A stretch of 64,000 bases of DNA from Patescibacteria group bacterium (GTDB taxonomy: Bacteria; Patescibacteriota; WWE3; UBA101185; UBA10185), in NCBI GenBank assembly GCA_026004595.1, contig BPJL01000001.1, positions 26,486-90,485 on the forward strand, in the 5' to 3' direction. The notes below the pieces were generated by a model. That model did no database searches. It was not told the origin of the DNA and saw only the letters and a list, made by a program, of their open reading frames with translations. A program made the position numbers and the translations under genes. Shown in pieces: positions 37,936 to 49,343 of the stretch (the first letter of the stretch is position 1; each line of letters begins with the position of its first letter).

Positions 37936-39015
37936 ATGAAATTTATCGTCAGCGCCGGTGGCCAGGGTACCAAACTATGGCCTTACAGCAGGGAAAATAA
38001 TCCCAAACAATTCCAAAAGATTCTCAACGGAGAATCCCTTTTCTCTTACAATGTAAAAACCCTGCTCCGGAAATATCCTGCTGCAGATGTTTTTATTTCT
38101 ACCAAAGAACGCTACCTTAAAATAGCACGTGAGCAGGTTCCTCAAATACCCAACGAGAATTACATTATTGAACCCGATTCGCCAAAAAATAGAGGACCGG
38201 CCGACGGATTAGCAATTGTCTTTCTTGATGTTAAATGTCCCGGTGAGCCATTTATGATAGTCCAATCGGATTGTGTAAGAATTCCGGAATCAAACTATTT
38301 ATTGTTAGTAGAAACTGCTGAAAAGATAGTTAAAGAGCACAAAAAATTTATCTCCGGAGGAATAGCCGTAACATACCCCGATCTGGGTGTGGATTACCTC
38401 AAACTTGGGAGAAAAATACATTCTTATGGAAGCGTTGATGTTTACGAGGCTACTGAATATATTGATCGTCCCGCGAGCTATGCCGAAACAAAAGAGCTGA
38501 TAGAAAACTTCAATGTTGTAAAGCACAGTAATCACAATTGCTGGTATCCCCAAATGTTGCTTGAGGCATACGCTCGTTACAAGCCTGATTGGCATAAGGC
38601 ACTAATGGAGATAAGGAAAATAATAAGCGAAACAAACAGCTTTGACGGGGTAGGCAACATCTATCAAACTATGGAAGCGGGGGCAACTGAAATCGTAACC
38701 AGGCATCTGTTTAAAGACGCGCTTATTTTGCAATTAAACTACAATTGGGTTGACATCGGAACCTGGAATTCTTTGTATGAATATTTTGCCTGTAAGGATC
38801 AGGTTTACAAAGAGGGCAATGTTATAGCTCTTGACTCAAAAAGCTCGCTTATCAAAAGCGACAATCCGGAGAAGCTAATCGCAGTTTTTGGGTTAAAAGA
38901 TATGGTGGTTGTAGATACGGCTGATACGTTGTTGATAGTTCCTAAGGACAAGACAGACAAGATAAAAGATATTCAAGACGAACTGCGCAACAAAAAACTT
39001 AATAAATATCTTTAG
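37936..39015 (+). CDS. Sugar-phosphate nucleotidyltransferase (mannose-1-phosphate guanylyltransferase-like)
   Basis: N-terminal MKFIVSAGGQGTKLWPYSR matches the G-x-G-T-R/K-L nucleotidyltransferase motif. The length and absence of an isomerase domain fit a ManC N-domain-only enzyme. Confidence 0.55.
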   Translation: MKFIVSAGGQGTKLWPYSRENNPKQFQKILNGESLFSYNVKTLLRKYPAADVFISTKERYLKIAREQVPQIPNENYIIEPDSPKNRGPADGLAIVFLDVKCPGEPFMIVQSDCVRIPESNYLLLVETAEKIVKEHKKFISGGIAVTYPDLGVDYLKLGRKIHSYGSVDVYEATEYIDRPASYAETKELIENFNVVKHSNHNCWYPQMLLEAYARYKPDWHKALMEIRKIISETNSFDGVGNIYQTMEAGATEIVTRHLFKDALILQLNYNWVDIGTWNSLYEYFACKDQVYKEGNVIALDSKSSLIKSDNPEKLIAVFGLKDMVVVDTADTLLIVPKDKTDKIKDIQDELRNKKLNKYL

Positions 39016-39062
39016 AAAGGGCAGTTTATGTTTGTGCTAAAATCATAACTGCTTGCGGATAT

Positions 39063-39152
39063 GGAGGGATGCGAGAGTGGTCTAATCGGCTCGCCTGGAA
39101 AGCGACGCGCTGCGAAAGCGGCACGAGGGTTCGAACCCCTCTCCCTCCGCCA
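39063..39152 (+). tRNA. tRNA-Ser (anticodon GGA)
   Basis: Acceptor GGAGGGA/TCCCTCC. Anticodon loop CTGGAAA. Long variable arm with the CGCTGCGAAAGCGGCACG hairpin. T-arm GAGGGTTCGAACCCCTC. Discriminator G followed by CCA. Confidence 0.8.
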
Positions 39153-39635
39153 GGGATTTGCGATCGGTCTTTAGCGCTTGGCGCATATTAATTGAGAAGT
39201 TATTGGGTTCGAATGGTAATGTTGCGGGCGCGATCGAAAACTGGAACAGGCAACCAACCCTCTCATAAATCTAGGAATATTGTTTTCAAGAAACTTCCAA
39301 AGGTACGCGCTTGCCTAAAGTTCTAACCCTTTGGAGATAGTGTTATCGAAATAACGTTCAGCTTTAGAACTATCTTCGGAAAATTGCTTTTTCAGCTCCA
39401 GCAATTTTGCTTATACAGTGCCATCCATTTAGTGTGACTCTTTTTCTTCTCCTTTTATATATTTTTTCAAAGTGATTGAGATGCAGGGATTCTACCACAA
39501 TTTCCCCTTTCTGTAAAATACTATAGGATCTTAACCTAAAGCCATTTCAACCAGCTAAATACCGGTTAATTCTCCTTTTTATTCAGCCGTCTAACATGTT
39601 TGTTAATTAACTCCCAATGTGCTATACAAAGAGCA

Positions 39636-41402
39636 ATGGACACGATCTCCGAAATCAAGCAAAAAATTGACATCGTTGATCTAGTGGGGTCATATGTCAG
39701 CTTAAAAAAGGCTGGGCGGAACTACAAAGGTCTTTGCCCGTTCCATTCAGAAAATACGCCCTCTTTTATGGTTTCTCCCGAGCTTCAGATATTTAAATGT
39801 TTCGGATGTGGTGAGGCCGGCGACATTTTTAAATTTGTGCAAAAAATAGAAGGGGTAGAATTTTCAACCGCTCTTGAACAGCTGGCTCAAAAAGCCGGTG
39901 TGAAATTGGAAAAAAGAGATTACGATCCCGAATCTTCTAAAAGGAAACAGCTTTATCATATCAACAGTCTTACGGCTAGATACTACCACTACATTCTCAC
40001 CAAACACCCTCAGGGGAAAAAGGGTCTTGAGTATCTTACTCAGAAGAGAAAGCTTAAACCGGAGACGATAGAATTTTTTCAGTTAGGTTACGCTCCAGAT
40101 ACATGGGATTCCCTTCTTAAATTTCTCAAAAAGCAAAACATTCATGAAAACGAAATGCTTGACGCCGGGGTTATAACAGAAAGAAGCTCGGGCGGCGGCT
40201 ACATTGATAAGTTCCGAGGCAGAATAATATTTCCTTTCAAGGGAATAGACGGGAAAATTGTCGGTTTCAATGGAAGGACTATTTTTGACCGCGAGCCTAA
40301 ATACCTTAACACTACTGAAACAGCAATATTTCATAAGGGTTCTTTTCTCTTTAATCTGGCCAATGCTAAGGTAGATATAAAAAAAGAAGGGGCAGTCATA
40401 GTTGAAGGCCAAATGGATGTGATAACTGCTTATCAAGCTGGCATTAAAAATGTAATTGCTTCATCAGGGACGGCTTTGGCGGAATCCCAGTTTAAATTGC
40501 TTCAAAGGTATACTAATGACCTCACTTTCTGTTTAGATAGTGATACGGCCGGTGTAAATGCTGTGTATCGGGCGGTGGAGATTGCTGAAAAGCTCGGCTT
40601 TAACATAAAAGTAGCGATAATTCCCCCAGCATATAAAGATCTTGATGAAATTATCAAAGATTCCCCAAGTAAAGCGAAAAAAGTTATAAAAGACGCTGTA
40701 GATGTCTATGATTTTTATATTTCAAGCACCCTTAAAGCTAATAGCAAGGAATCCGCGCTTGGCAAAAAATTGATTCTTGAAACGCTTGTGCCAATATTTT
40801 CTAAAATTCGCAACCCAGTGATAATTGACCATTATTCAAAGATTCTGGCCGCCGAACTTAATTTATCCGAGGATACTATAAATACTATGTTTAAGGCCGG
40901 GAGCGCTAACAGTTATGCCGAAAGTATTCCGGATGAGAATGATAAAACTCCTCTTCTTTCTCGTGATAACCCGGAAGGGTACTTTTTGGCCCTTCTTTTC
41001 AAATCAGATATTGACACCATGCGAAAGTACGCGTATAAAATGGACGTTGAAGATTTTACTAACCCCATAGTGGTTAACATATTTCAGCTGCTTGCCAGCT
41101 ATCTAAAAGAAAACAGAAAATCTTTCAACATAAAACAGATCATCAAAAGAGCCGAGGAAGGCTATGGTGACAACATTTCCGAGCTTTATCTTTGGGATTT
41201 TGATGGTATTATTGATTTCGAATCCCCTCAAATTCTTGAGAGGGAGATTGAAAGCGTATTCAAACGCATAAAACGAGACTCCGCCAAAAGGTCGGTGAAG
41301 GTTCTTACCGAGCAGATAAAAGTTGCCGAGCTCGAGAAAAATTGGGACCTGGTTCTTAAACTGACTAAAAAGGTGGAAAAGCTCAAGAAATTATTTTTGT
41401 AG
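39636..41402 (+). CDS. dnaG: DNA primase DnaG
   Basis: CHC2 zinc finger (CPFHSENTPSFMVSPELQIFKCFGCGEAGD). TOPRIM region (IVEGQMDVITAYQAGIKNVIASSGTAL ... CLDSDTAG). The start is taken at MDTISEIKQKIDIVDLV. An rpoD gene lies immediately downstream. Confidence 0.85.
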   Translation: MDTISEIKQKIDIVDLVGSYVSLKKAGRNYKGLCPFHSENTPSFMVSPELQIFKCFGCGEAGDIFKFVQKIEGVEFSTALEQLAQKAGVKLEKRDYDPESSKRKQLYHINSLTARYYHYILTKHPQGKKGLEYLTQKRKLKPETIEFFQLGYAPDTWDSLLKFLKKQNIHENEMLDAGVITERSSGGGYIDKFRGRIIFPFKGIDGKIVGFNGRTIFDREPKYLNTTETAIFHKGSFLFNLANAKVDIKKEGAVIVEGQMDVITAYQAGIKNVIASSGTALAESQFKLLQRYTNDLTFCLDSDTAGVNAVYRAVEIAEKLGFNIKVAIIPPAYKDLDEIIKDSPSKAKKVIKDAVDVYDFYISSTLKANSKESALGKKLILETLVPIFSKIRNPVIIDHYSKILAAELNLSEDTINTMFKAGSANSYAESIPDENDKTPLLSRDNPEGYFLALLFKSDIDTMRKYAYKMDVEDFTNPIVVNIFQLLASYLKENRKSFNIKQIIKRAEEGYGDNISELYLWDFDGIIDFESPQILEREIESVFKRIKRDSAKRSVKVLTEQIKVAELEKNWDLVLKLTKKVEKLKKLFL

Positions 41403-41434
41403 TGTTCGTACATTTTATTTGCAACTTTTAAACT

Positions 41435-42688
41435 ATGGTTAAAAAAATTAAGGAAGCTACGGATAAAAAAGGCAAATTTGGATTGACTGACGCCATCGTT
41501 TCCCGCCTTGTGACAAAAGGCAAAAAACAAGGGTTTCTAACTCTGGACAACATACTTGAATTATTTCCTCAAGCAGAAGAAGAGCTGGAGCTGTTGGATT
41601 CTCTTTACGAAAGATTAGTGGATGCGGGAGTTGACGTTTTTGACGTTGAGTCCGAGAAAGAAGCGGAAAAAATTAGCAAGCTTGAAGATATAGATCTATC
41701 ACAAATTAAACTGGATAAAACGGTCAGCTCGGATCCGGTGAGAATGTACTTGAGAGAAATTGGCAATTACAACTTGCTAACTTCAGCTGAGGAGGTGGAT
41801 TTGGCAAAGAAAGCAGAAGTTCTTCGTTACAGAAGAGTATTGAACGAACTTCAAAAAGCAGGAAAAAAGAGACCAAGTCCAAAGGAAATAGCTAAGGAAA
41901 TGGGGCTTAGGGAGCGAGAAGTAAAAGAGATAATTGCTTTTTCAAAGAATGTCAGCGAACGAGAGAGTATGAGAGCTCATGAAATGCTTATAAAGGCAAA
42001 TACTCGTTTGGTTGTTTCCATCGCAAAAAAACACATGGGCCGTGGTCTTCAATTTTTAGATCTTATACAGGAAGGAAATATGGGGCTGATGAAAGCGGTT
42101 GATAAGTTTGACTGGCGCCGGGGTTTTAAGTTTTCAACATACGCTACGTGGTGGATAAGGCAGGCCATAACCCGAGCTATTGCCGATCAAGCAAAGACAA
42201 TACGCGTTCCAGTACACATGGTTGAAACTATACACAAGTATAAAAAAATTGAACGTGAGCTGGAGCAAAAATATGAGAGGGCGCCTACTCCCGAGGAAGT
42301 AGCAAAAGTTATGGGCATAGAAGCCGAAAAAGCCCACGATATAGTAAAGATCGCCCAGGATGTAACTTCTCTGGAAACACCGGTGGGTAAGGAAGAGGAC
42401 ACAAGACTGAAAGAGTTCATTGAGGATGAAACCACCCTTTCTCCTTTTGAGGCCGCAAGCCGGGAGCTGTTAAAAGGTCACATTGATGAAGTTTTGCAAT
42501 CCTTGAACCCCCGCGAAAGAAAAGTTCTCGAGCTAAGGTTTGGGTTAAGAGACGGCCGCACCCGAACTCTTGAAGAAGTTGGCAAGGAATTTGGCGTCAC
42601 CCGCGAGAGAATAAGGCAAATTGAAGCCAAAGCCTTGAGAAAACTTAGGCACCCATCAAGAAGCAAACGCTTGAGGGATTATTTATAA
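41435..42688 (+). CDS. rpoD: RNA polymerase sigma factor RpoD (sigma-70 group 1, compact)
   Basis: Region 2.4 [17 protein letters not shown]. Region 4 [32 protein letters not shown]. The dnaG-rpoD synteny matches the MMS operon. Confidence 0.9.
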   Translation: MVKKIKEATDKKGKFGLTDAIVSRLVTKGKKQGFLTLDNILELFPQAEEELELLDSLYERLVDAGVDVFDVESEKEAEKISKLEDIDLSQIKLDKTVSSDPVRMYLREIGNYNLLTSAEEVDLAKKAEVLRYRRVLNELQKAGKKRPSPKEIAKEMGLREREVKEIIAFSKNVSERESMRAHEMLIKANTRLVVSIAKKHMGRGLQFLDLIQEGNMGLMKAVDKFDWRRGFKFSTYATWWIRQAITRAIADQAKTIRVPVHMVETIHKYKKIERELEQKYERAPTPEEVAKVMGIEAEKAHDIVKIAQDVTSLETPVGKEEDTRLKEFIEDETTLSPFEAASRELLKGHIDEVLQSLNPRERKVLELRFGLRDGRTRTLEEVGKEFGVTRERIRQIEAKALRKLRHPSRSKRLRDYL

Positions 42689-44254
42689 GATTGGGACCGG
42701 AGTTAAAGCTGGTAGGATCTTTTTGTCCAAGTTCCTGTAAATGTACACATCCGAAAGAGGTATAAGGTTTGGTTTGGGTAATGTGAACTTTCTTATCATT
42801 TCAAATTTTTCAGTTGAGTTGATAGTGTCCTCGAATTTATCCCATCGGGCCGAGTACTCGGGGAATGCCCGTTTTACCTCCGTGCGCTTGTGGTTTTCCA
42901 TTGGTCGGGACGAGATCACCACATAGTCGTAGTAAGCGGGATCCTTGGGATAGAAAAACTGTGCTCCGTCTGACGAATAAACTTCGTACTGATATACTTT
43001 CGCGCCCGGCAACTTGTTCATCGGGTCAAGCCCCTCCTCGGTGTAGACAAGTTTTGTGGAAAGCTCGGGAGTGTTTTCTTTCATCCACAAGTAGGCCGCG
43101 GACTTGGGAGTCCATCTCTGAAATTGGAACAACAGCAAAACCGGAAAATATGCATAGTAAACCAGTATAGAAATAACAAGCAGGAACGAAAGTTTGGGAT
43201 TTATTTTCTTTGTTAATCCTCCCAAGGTGACAACCGCAAAGTATAGCACTGTCGGAAGGATGGGAAGCAGCCACCTGTCTATTCTCCTTGATTGAATTGA
43301 GAAGAAAATGAAGTAAATCGTGATATTGAGTATCAGAAAAGTATCAAATTTGTCTGATTCCTGCTTTTTGATTTTTGAAAAAACTCCGACCATTGATAGA
43401 AGCAGGACGGCCGGTGTCACCATGTATGCAAGTGCGGAAACATATTTTAGATAGCTGTAATCTGCCGAGTCAAAAACCAGCCCCCCTTCTTTAAATAACA
43501 TTTCGTAAATTCTAAAAATGAAATCTCCCGCGAATATGAGTGAAAAGGGGTTGGAGATAGCGAACGCCCCGAATGTAATAAATACCAGAGCTAAAGCGTT
43601 CCTGGGTTGTCGTTCTTTGTAAAAAAACCAAATGTAGAGTGGGAGGGTAATAAGGGCTGTTATTTTTGTCCCAGCCGCAAATCCTAGCAAAATTCCCGTG
43701 GCGAGAGTCAGCATTCTGTCGGGGTTCCGCTTTTCATAGTAAAGAAGCGTGGTTAGAAAAGAAGCTGAAATTAAAAGTGTCAGCAGTGAGTCTGCGTTCA
43801 CGTAATGTGCGTGGACAATTAGCTTCCAATTTAAAGCAAGAAGTGCGTACAACAACACACTCAACCAAATGCGCTTGGTTTTTCGGTAAAAGATGTATGC
43901 GACAATGGGAGCAATGAGAAAACCCAGAACCGAATTGACAAGTCTCATGGCTATATAAAGGTCGAGTTTTGATGCAGGCATCCCCAGCAAATTGCTTATC
44001 TTGCTGAAAATCATAGTAGAGAGTGTAAAAAGGTATGATGGAAGGGCACCGTAAACGTAGGATACAGGTATAAGTTTGTAATAATCTCCGTTTCCTATGA
44101 CCCCCCTTATTTCGTATGTATATTTGATGGCTAGCTCTGCGATTTCTGGCTCGTCCGCGTAAAAGCTATGAGGCAAACCGAATTCAATGTGCCAGAGACG
44201 CAGAAATATTCCCGCTAATGTTATAAATGCGATTGCAAGTCGTGATTTTTTCAT
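42683..44254 (-). CDS. GT-C glycosyltransferase family 39 / ArnT-PMT-like membrane protein
   Basis: About 520 aa with 10 or more TM helices and a C-terminal soluble domain, an architecture like ArnT/PMT_2 dolichyl-phosphate-mannose mannosyltransferases. The start is taken at [10 protein letters not shown]. Confidence 0.5.
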   Translation of the reverse strand: MKKSRLAIAFITLAGIFLRLWHIEFGLPHSFYADEPEIAELAIKYTYEIRGVIGNGDYYKLIPVSYVYGALPSYLFTLSTMIFSKISNLLGMPASKLDLYIAMRLVNSVLGFLIAPIVAYIFYRKTKRIWLSVLLYALLALNWKLIVHAHYVNADSLLTLLISASFLTTLLYYEKRNPDRMLTLATGILLGFAAGTKITALITLPLYIWFFYKERQPRNALALVFITFGAFAISNPFSLIFAGDFIFRIYEMLFKEGGLVFDSADYSYLKYVSALAYMVTPAVLLLSMVGVFSKIKKQESDKFDTFLILNITIYFIFFSIQSRRIDRWLLPILPTVLYFAVVTLGGLTKKINPKLSFLLVISILVYYAYFPVLLLFQFQRWTPKSAAYLWMKENTPELSTKLVYTEEGLDPMNKLPGAKVYQYEVYSSDGAQFFYPKDPAYYDYVVISSRPMENHKRTEVKRAFPEYSARWDKFEDTINSTEKFEMIRKFTLPKPNLIPLSDVYIYRNLDKKILPALTPVPIL

Positions 44255-44332
44255 CTTAAAAATAGTTCTACTGCTGAGTATAGCAGAATAAGTTAATTCT
44301 CCCCGCAACAATTATAAAGTATAATTTACTTT

Positions 44333-44896
44333 ATGGATGATATGGAGAAAACTCGAAAAGCGGCAGGATGGACAATTGTCGGAATTGTTATATCGGGAGT
44401 GATAGTTGTCGGCGCTTTGAAGTATTTGAACAACCTGGAGTTGGTGCTTAAAAACACTGGGATATTAGGGCCTCTTCTGAGTGTGGTTTTGTACGGAATT
44501 TTTAGTGTTACACCAGTGCCCACAGACTCTCTTACCATCGTTAATGGGTTGGTTTACGGAGCATTGTTTGGAACTCTTATAGCAACAACCGGAAATACAT
44601 TCGCCGCTCTTGTTGAATATTTTCTCGGTATGAAGGTTCGGGATGCTGCGCACATTAAAGGGAAAACATTTACCGTGCCTGTGATAAAGAAAAAGTTTCC
44701 TGTGGACTCAACCCTTTTTCTTATTATCGGTAGGTTTATGCCCGGTTATGGGGGAAAGATAGTGAGCTTGGTCGGAGGCATTTACAGAGTTCCTCTGTGG
44801 AAATATACGTGGACCGCATTGGTGGCGAATTTTATCGGAGCAATTATGTTTGCTTACGGAGGCCATCTTCTAAGAGCAATATTTATTGGCCTGTAG
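44333..44896 (+). CDS. DedA/TVP38/TMEM64 (VTT domain) membrane protein
   Basis: 187 aa with the pattern ..VTPVPTDSLTIVNGLVYG.. typical of DedA/SNARE-associated proteins. Confidence 0.6.
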   Translation: MDDMEKTRKAAGWTIVGIVISGVIVVGALKYLNNLELVLKNTGILGPLLSVVLYGIFSVTPVPTDSLTIVNGLVYGALFGTLIATTGNTFAALVEYFLGMKVRDAAHIKGKTFTVPVIKKKFPVDSTLFLIIGRFMPGYGGKIVSLVGGIYRVPLWKYTWTALVANFIGAIMFAYGGHLLRAIFIGL

Positions 44897-44931
44897 GTTG
44901 AATAATAGATCCAATATTGGATAATTAAGCA

Positions 44932-45894
44932 ATGAACATTATATTTCGCGCCGTAATGTACATTTTAATGTTCTTCGTTCTTTGGTTTGGAGCTGGTCTC
45001 ATACTATCGGCCGTAGAAAGAGTGTCCAAGACGCTGAAAATATCTGCATTTACCCTTTCTTTTTTTGTTCTCGGGCTCTTGACTTCTATTCCTGAACTTG
45101 CAGTTGGTGTTACCTCTGTTGTAGAAAATGACCCCCAAATTTTTGTGGGCAATCTTTTGGGAGGTGTTGTTGTAATTTTTTTGCTTATAATTCCGGTGCT
45201 GGCGATACTAGGAAATGGGATAAGTTTAAGCCACAATATGGACCATAAAGGACTTCTCTCTGCAATGGTTGTTTGTGTCGCTCCTGCACTTTTAGTTGCC
45301 GATAAAAGAGTAGGAATCTTTGAGGCCATTCTGATGCTACTTTTATATGCTTCTACTTTATATATTATTCAGCGGAAGCAAAATTTGGTTGAGAAGATAG
45401 AGTCCATACAATACTCGTTGAAGAATGACGGGTCAACACACATTAAGAACGTGTTAAAAATTTTGGTAGGTCTGATTATAGTTTTTTTTGGAAGCGAATA
45501 CATAGTTAGAGAGACCCTATCCTTTTCTAATATGCTTAAAGTGTCCCCTTTTTTAATAAGCATAGTAGTTCTTTCATTGGGAACCAACTTGCCCGAATTT
45601 TTTCTGGCAGTAAGGAGTATAAAACAGCGTAAAAAAGATGTAGCCTTTGGTGACTACATAGGGTCTGCGTCAGCTAACACTCTTCTTTTTGGATTTCTTG
45701 TGTTACTGAATGGGGGGAATGTGACTCTCTCAAACAACTTTTTTCAAAGCCTCATGTTCGTTTTGATAGCTCTGATCTGTTTCTATTTTTTTGCTAGATC
45801 TAAAAACACCGTTTCCAGAAACGAGGGTATAGTTCTGGTATTTATCTATATTTGTTTTCTTGGCTTGGAGGCCCTCGCCGCGTTAAGGGGATAG
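44932..45894 (+). CDS. CaCA-family cation/Ca2+ exchanger (YrbG-like)
   Basis: Two alpha-repeat motifs: GNLLGGVVVIFLLIIPVLAILG, and GTNLPEFFLAVRSI with its GT.LPE signature. Confidence 0.6.
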   Translation: MNIIFRAVMYILMFFVLWFGAGLILSAVERVSKTLKISAFTLSFFVLGLLTSIPELAVGVTSVVENDPQIFVGNLLGGVVVIFLLIIPVLAILGNGISLSHNMDHKGLLSAMVVCVAPALLVADKRVGIFEAILMLLLYASTLYIIQRKQNLVEKIESIQYSLKNDGSTHIKNVLKILVGLIIVFFGSEYIVRETLSFSNMLKVSPFLISIVVLSLGTNLPEFFLAVRSIKQRKKDVAFGDYIGSASANTLLFGFLVLLNGGNVTLSNNFFQSLMFVLIALICFYFFARSKNTVSRNEGIVLVFIYICFLGLEALAALRG

Positions 45895-45901
45895 AATTTC
45901 G

Positions 45902-46204
45902 TCAAGCTTTCTTTTTGTCCAATTTGTCCAATCTTAATATCTTTACCCCAAAATAGACAACAAAAGATATAACCAGAAAGTCGATAAAAACGCTCAAAAA
46001 ACTGCCCCACATCAATTTTGTTTTACCTATTTGCAGATATGCGCCTTGAAGATTTTCAAGGTTGCTGAGTCCCAGGGCCAAAATCGGGCTTATGATATCA
46101 TTTACCAATGAAGCCACCAGTTTTGATACGGCGCCTCCCAGAATAAATCCTACTGCCAGCCCGACTACGCCTTGTTCTCTAATGAAGTTCATAAATCCTT
46201 TCAT
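45902..46204 (-). CDS. mscL: Large-conductance mechanosensitive channel MscL
   Basis: MKGFMNFIREQGVVGLAVGFILGGAVSKLVASLVNDIISPIL is a near-consensus MscL N-terminus. The protein has 100 aa and two TM helices. Confidence 0.8.
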   Translation of the reverse strand: MKGFMNFIREQGVVGLAVGFILGGAVSKLVASLVNDIISPILALGLSNLENLQGAYLQIGKTKLMWGSFLSVFIDFLVISFVVYFGVKILRLDKLDKKKA

Positions 46205-46254
46205 TCAATTCACCTCCTTATATCCCAATAATTATAGGTATAAGCTTATATTAT

Positions 46255-48714
46255 TTAATTTAAGTAAGTTTCACTATCAAACAATCTTCTGACAAATCTG
46301 ATGTTGTAAATAACTTTACAAATCTCAATAAAGAAGAATATTGATATGGACAATAATATTGCAATAATCCAATAGCTAGCACCAAGTGGGTGCAATCCAA
46401 AAAACTGTCTTAGGGAAGGAATTGTAAAAGGAAATATTTGAAGTAACACCCCACCAGCTACCGCTAGAATTAGCCATTTGTTTTCAAACAAATGGCTTTT
46501 CCAAAATGGTTTAGTAAGTATTCTAGCAGAAAATGCATAAGTAAGAGTACTCATGCCGAGTGTTATAAATGTCATAGACCTTGCTATCGTAAGATCGCCG
46601 GTCATTTTATTTATTATTATAAACACACCTAGACATACGAAACCAATTACAAGACTTATAATCCCGATAAAACTAATTATTTGCGAATTGACTAATTTTT
46701 GTTTAGGACTTCTTGGAGGTTCGAACATTACCTCTATTCTTTTAGGATCTATCGTTAGAGATAGGTGGGGGAAGCCATCCGATACTAGATTTATCCATAA
46801 TATTTGAACTGGGGAAATAGGGAGAGGGAATCCAAGAGCAATACTGCCCATCACAATCACGATCCCACTAAAAGCTCCTCCTACTAGATACAGAATTATT
46901 TTTCTAATGTTTTCAAAAATCACCCTACCTTCTTCAATTGCCGCTACTATAGTTGCGAAGTTAGAGTCAAGCAAAACTAAATCAGCTGATTCTTTCGCTA
47001 CATCGGTTGCATCTCCAACCACAATGCCTATATCAGCTTTATGAAGTGCGGGAGCGTCATTAACTCCGTCTCCCATCATGGCAACGATTTCTCCGTTTTT
47101 TTTCAAGGCCTCAACAACAGCCAGTTTTTGATTGGGTGTAGTTCTGGCAAATAATTTTACAGTTTTGACTCTTTTTGATATTTCCTCGTCAGACATATCT
47201 ACAAGCTGATTACCTGTAATAATTTCTTCTTCATTTACCTCAATACCTAATTCTTTTAGAACGAATTGTGATGTCTTAGCGTAATCACCAGTAATTACAG
47301 CAATTCTAATTCCCGCTGTCATAGCTTCGTTTATAGCTTCTTTGACTCCCGGACGGACTGGATCGGTAAAAGCTATAATTCCAACCCACTCAAGACCTTC
47401 TTTAGTATCGGAAATTTCTATTGTTTTTTTATTCAATGGCACTAGCTTTCTGGCGTACCCTATCAACCTTTTACCTTGTTTTGTTAGATTATCAATGTTA
47501 ATAGAAATTTCTTGTTTTTCGTTTTCAGAAAGATTGGATAATTCCAACAATAATTCAGGAGCTCCATTTACAAACATAATGTTATTTTTTGAAGTCCATT
47601 CATGAAGGCTTATAAAAACTCTTTCCTCTGGTGAAAAGGGTATGCTATCTAGACGCTGATGTTCTGATATGAAATCTGTGATTATAGTCCTTCCCCATTC
47701 AAAAGCTGCTATTACAATTGGATCATCAAGGTCATTTGCTAGTAAAACTTGTTGTGCCAATAGATTTTTATCGCCTATGTATTCAACGACTTCCATTTTA
47801 CCTTGGGTTAAAGTGCCAGTTTTATCGACGCATATTATTGTGACGCCCCCCAAGGTTTCTGCGGCTGATAGATTTCTTACTAAGCCTCGGCGTTTTAATA
47901 TCTTTTGCATACCGATTGCAAGAACAACAGTTAAAGCGACAAGTAAGCCCTCAGGTATGCTCGAGACCATTAAAGCGATAGATGTACTGAAGATCTCAAC
48001 AAGACTAAAATTATATGAAATTCCCAGAATAAACACACCGGTTACTAAAAATACAATCAAGATAACAAGTTGCCGACTAAAATATTTTAGCTGTTTTTGA
48101 AGAGGTGTATCTCCTTTTGTGTCTTGTATTTTTTTAGCTATGGTTCCCATTGTGGTTGAAGCTCCAATTCTTTCAACCACCATTAAACCCTGCCCCGACG
48201 ATATAGTGGTTCCCATTAGTACCTCATCATCGTTATTTTTGTTAACAGGAATACTCTCTCCAGTTAATATTGCTTCATCTATGTATAATCTGTTTGCAAA
48301 TAATAGTTTTCCATCAGCTGGAATTTTTTGACCTTGGCTTAAAATTACAGTATCACCAGGCACAAGTTGAGTGGTATCAATAAGCTCTCTTTTACCCTCT
48401 CTTATTACTGTAGCTTGAGCCGTGACATAGTGTTTTAGAGCGTGAAGTGCAGATGAAGCCCTGTTTTCTTGTATATAACCTAAAATTGTATTTATAAAAA
48501 CCGCGATGAAAATGATGACGGCGTCAGAATAGTGCCCTATTGCTATGGTTATAAAAGCAGCAATTAGAAGAATATAAACTAAAGGACTTTTTAATTGTTG
48601 TAGGATAATGAATAATTTGCTTGGAGGAGGTTTTTCTGGCAGAAGGTTAAGGCCATATATTTCTTGCCTCTTTTTTATTTCCTCATAAGATAAACCCTGT
48701 TCGTTTGAAAACAT
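46255..48714 (-). CDS. Cation-transporting P-type ATPase (type II, Ca2+/Mg2+-like)
   Basis: Phosphorylation motif ICVDKTGTLT. Hinge MGDGVNDAPAL. TGES region (ILTGESIPV). Ten TM helices in 819 aa. Confidence 0.85.
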   Translation of the reverse strand: MFSNEQGLSYEEIKKRQEIYGLNLLPEKPPPSKLFIILQQLKSPLVYILLIAAFITIAIGHYSDAVIIFIAVFINTILGYIQENRASSALHALKHYVTAQATVIREGKRELIDTTQLVPGDTVILSQGQKIPADGKLLFANRLYIDEAILTGESIPVNKNNDDEVLMGTTISSGQGLMVVERIGASTTMGTIAKKIQDTKGDTPLQKQLKYFSRQLVILIVFLVTGVFILGISYNFSLVEIFSTSIALMVSSIPEGLLVALTVVLAIGMQKILKRRGLVRNLSAAETLGGVTIICVDKTGTLTQGKMEVVEYIGDKNLLAQQVLLANDLDDPIVIAAFEWGRTIITDFISEHQRLDSIPFSPEERVFISLHEWTSKNNIMFVNGAPELLLELSNLSENEKQEISINIDNLTKQGKRLIGYARKLVPLNKKTIEISDTKEGLEWVGIIAFTDPVRPGVKEAINEAMTAGIRIAVITGDYAKTSQFVLKELGIEVNEEEIITGNQLVDMSDEEISKRVKTVKLFARTTPNQKLAVVEALKKNGEIVAMMGDGVNDAPALHKADIGIVVGDATDVAKESADLVLLDSNFATIVAAIEEGRVIFENIRKIILYLVGGAFSGIVIVMGSIALGFPLPISPVQILWINLVSDGFPHLSLTIDPKRIEVMFEPPRSPKQKLVNSQIISFIGIISLVIGFVCLGVFIIINKMTGDLTIARSMTFITLGMSTLTYAFSARILTKPFWKSHLFENKWLILAVAGGVLLQIFPFTIPSLRQFFGLHPLGASYWIIAILLSISIFFFIEICKVIYNIRFVRRLFDSETYLN

Positions 48715-48803
48715 TTATTTTAGTAAAAACAAAAAATCATATACTTCAAAAATTTTAGCACCGTAAACCAGCTATTTTATTAGGAAGAGGCCATAAAGTG
48801 TTA

Positions 48804-49052
48804 TTAGACTAAAAATACCTCATCGCCTTCCCTGACCTTCTCGTTTACTTTTATGCCTACTTCCTGCCCACCTTTACCTTCTTCAATATTTTGGTGGTTG
48901 AACTGCAATTCCAGCACGTTTTGTTCAAAATCAGTGGTAGAGCCTATTATTCTAATTTTATCGCCTACCTTTATATCATCACTGAGTTTGATTATTCCAA
49001 CTCCAAGCCTATCATAGTAATGAGTGATTGTGCCTATTTTTTTATTATTCAT
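48804..49052 (-). CDS. Small hypothetical beta-barrel protein (82 aa)
   Basis: Convincing ORF with Gly/Val periodicity. No family was recognised. Confidence 0.3.
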   Translation of the reverse strand: MNNKKIGTITHYYDRLGVGIIKLSDDIKVGDKIRIIGSTTDFEQNVLELQFNHQNIEEGKGGQEVGIKVNEKVREGDEVFLV

Positions 49053-49343
49053 CTATTTTATTTCACCCCCTCAAATATGCCGAAATACTTAGGTAATTAT
49101 ACCAAAGGGAAATCTAAGAAATAAAAGATTGTTCAAATATTTTAATAGTTTAAGTGTCAAGCTTACTACTCGTTAAACAATATTATAATCAATAATCCCA
49201 AAATTATTGCCACGACCGGAAAAGGGTTATTTTTCACGAAACGTTTTATCGCTATTAATAATAACGTAAGTGACATGATATTATTTTATACTTTACATGA
49301 AAATATACCACCGGATTTTTATAAAACGCTAACGTGTGGTTTT

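Noticed and set aside
39153-39635. About 480-nt intergenic region between tRNA-Ser(GGA) and dnaG containing a GGGTTCGAAT T-loop-like motif
   Set aside because: No complete cloverleaf or known ncRNA structure could be built by eye. It is most likely a promoter/leader region with a chance T-loop match. It would need a covariance-model scan.
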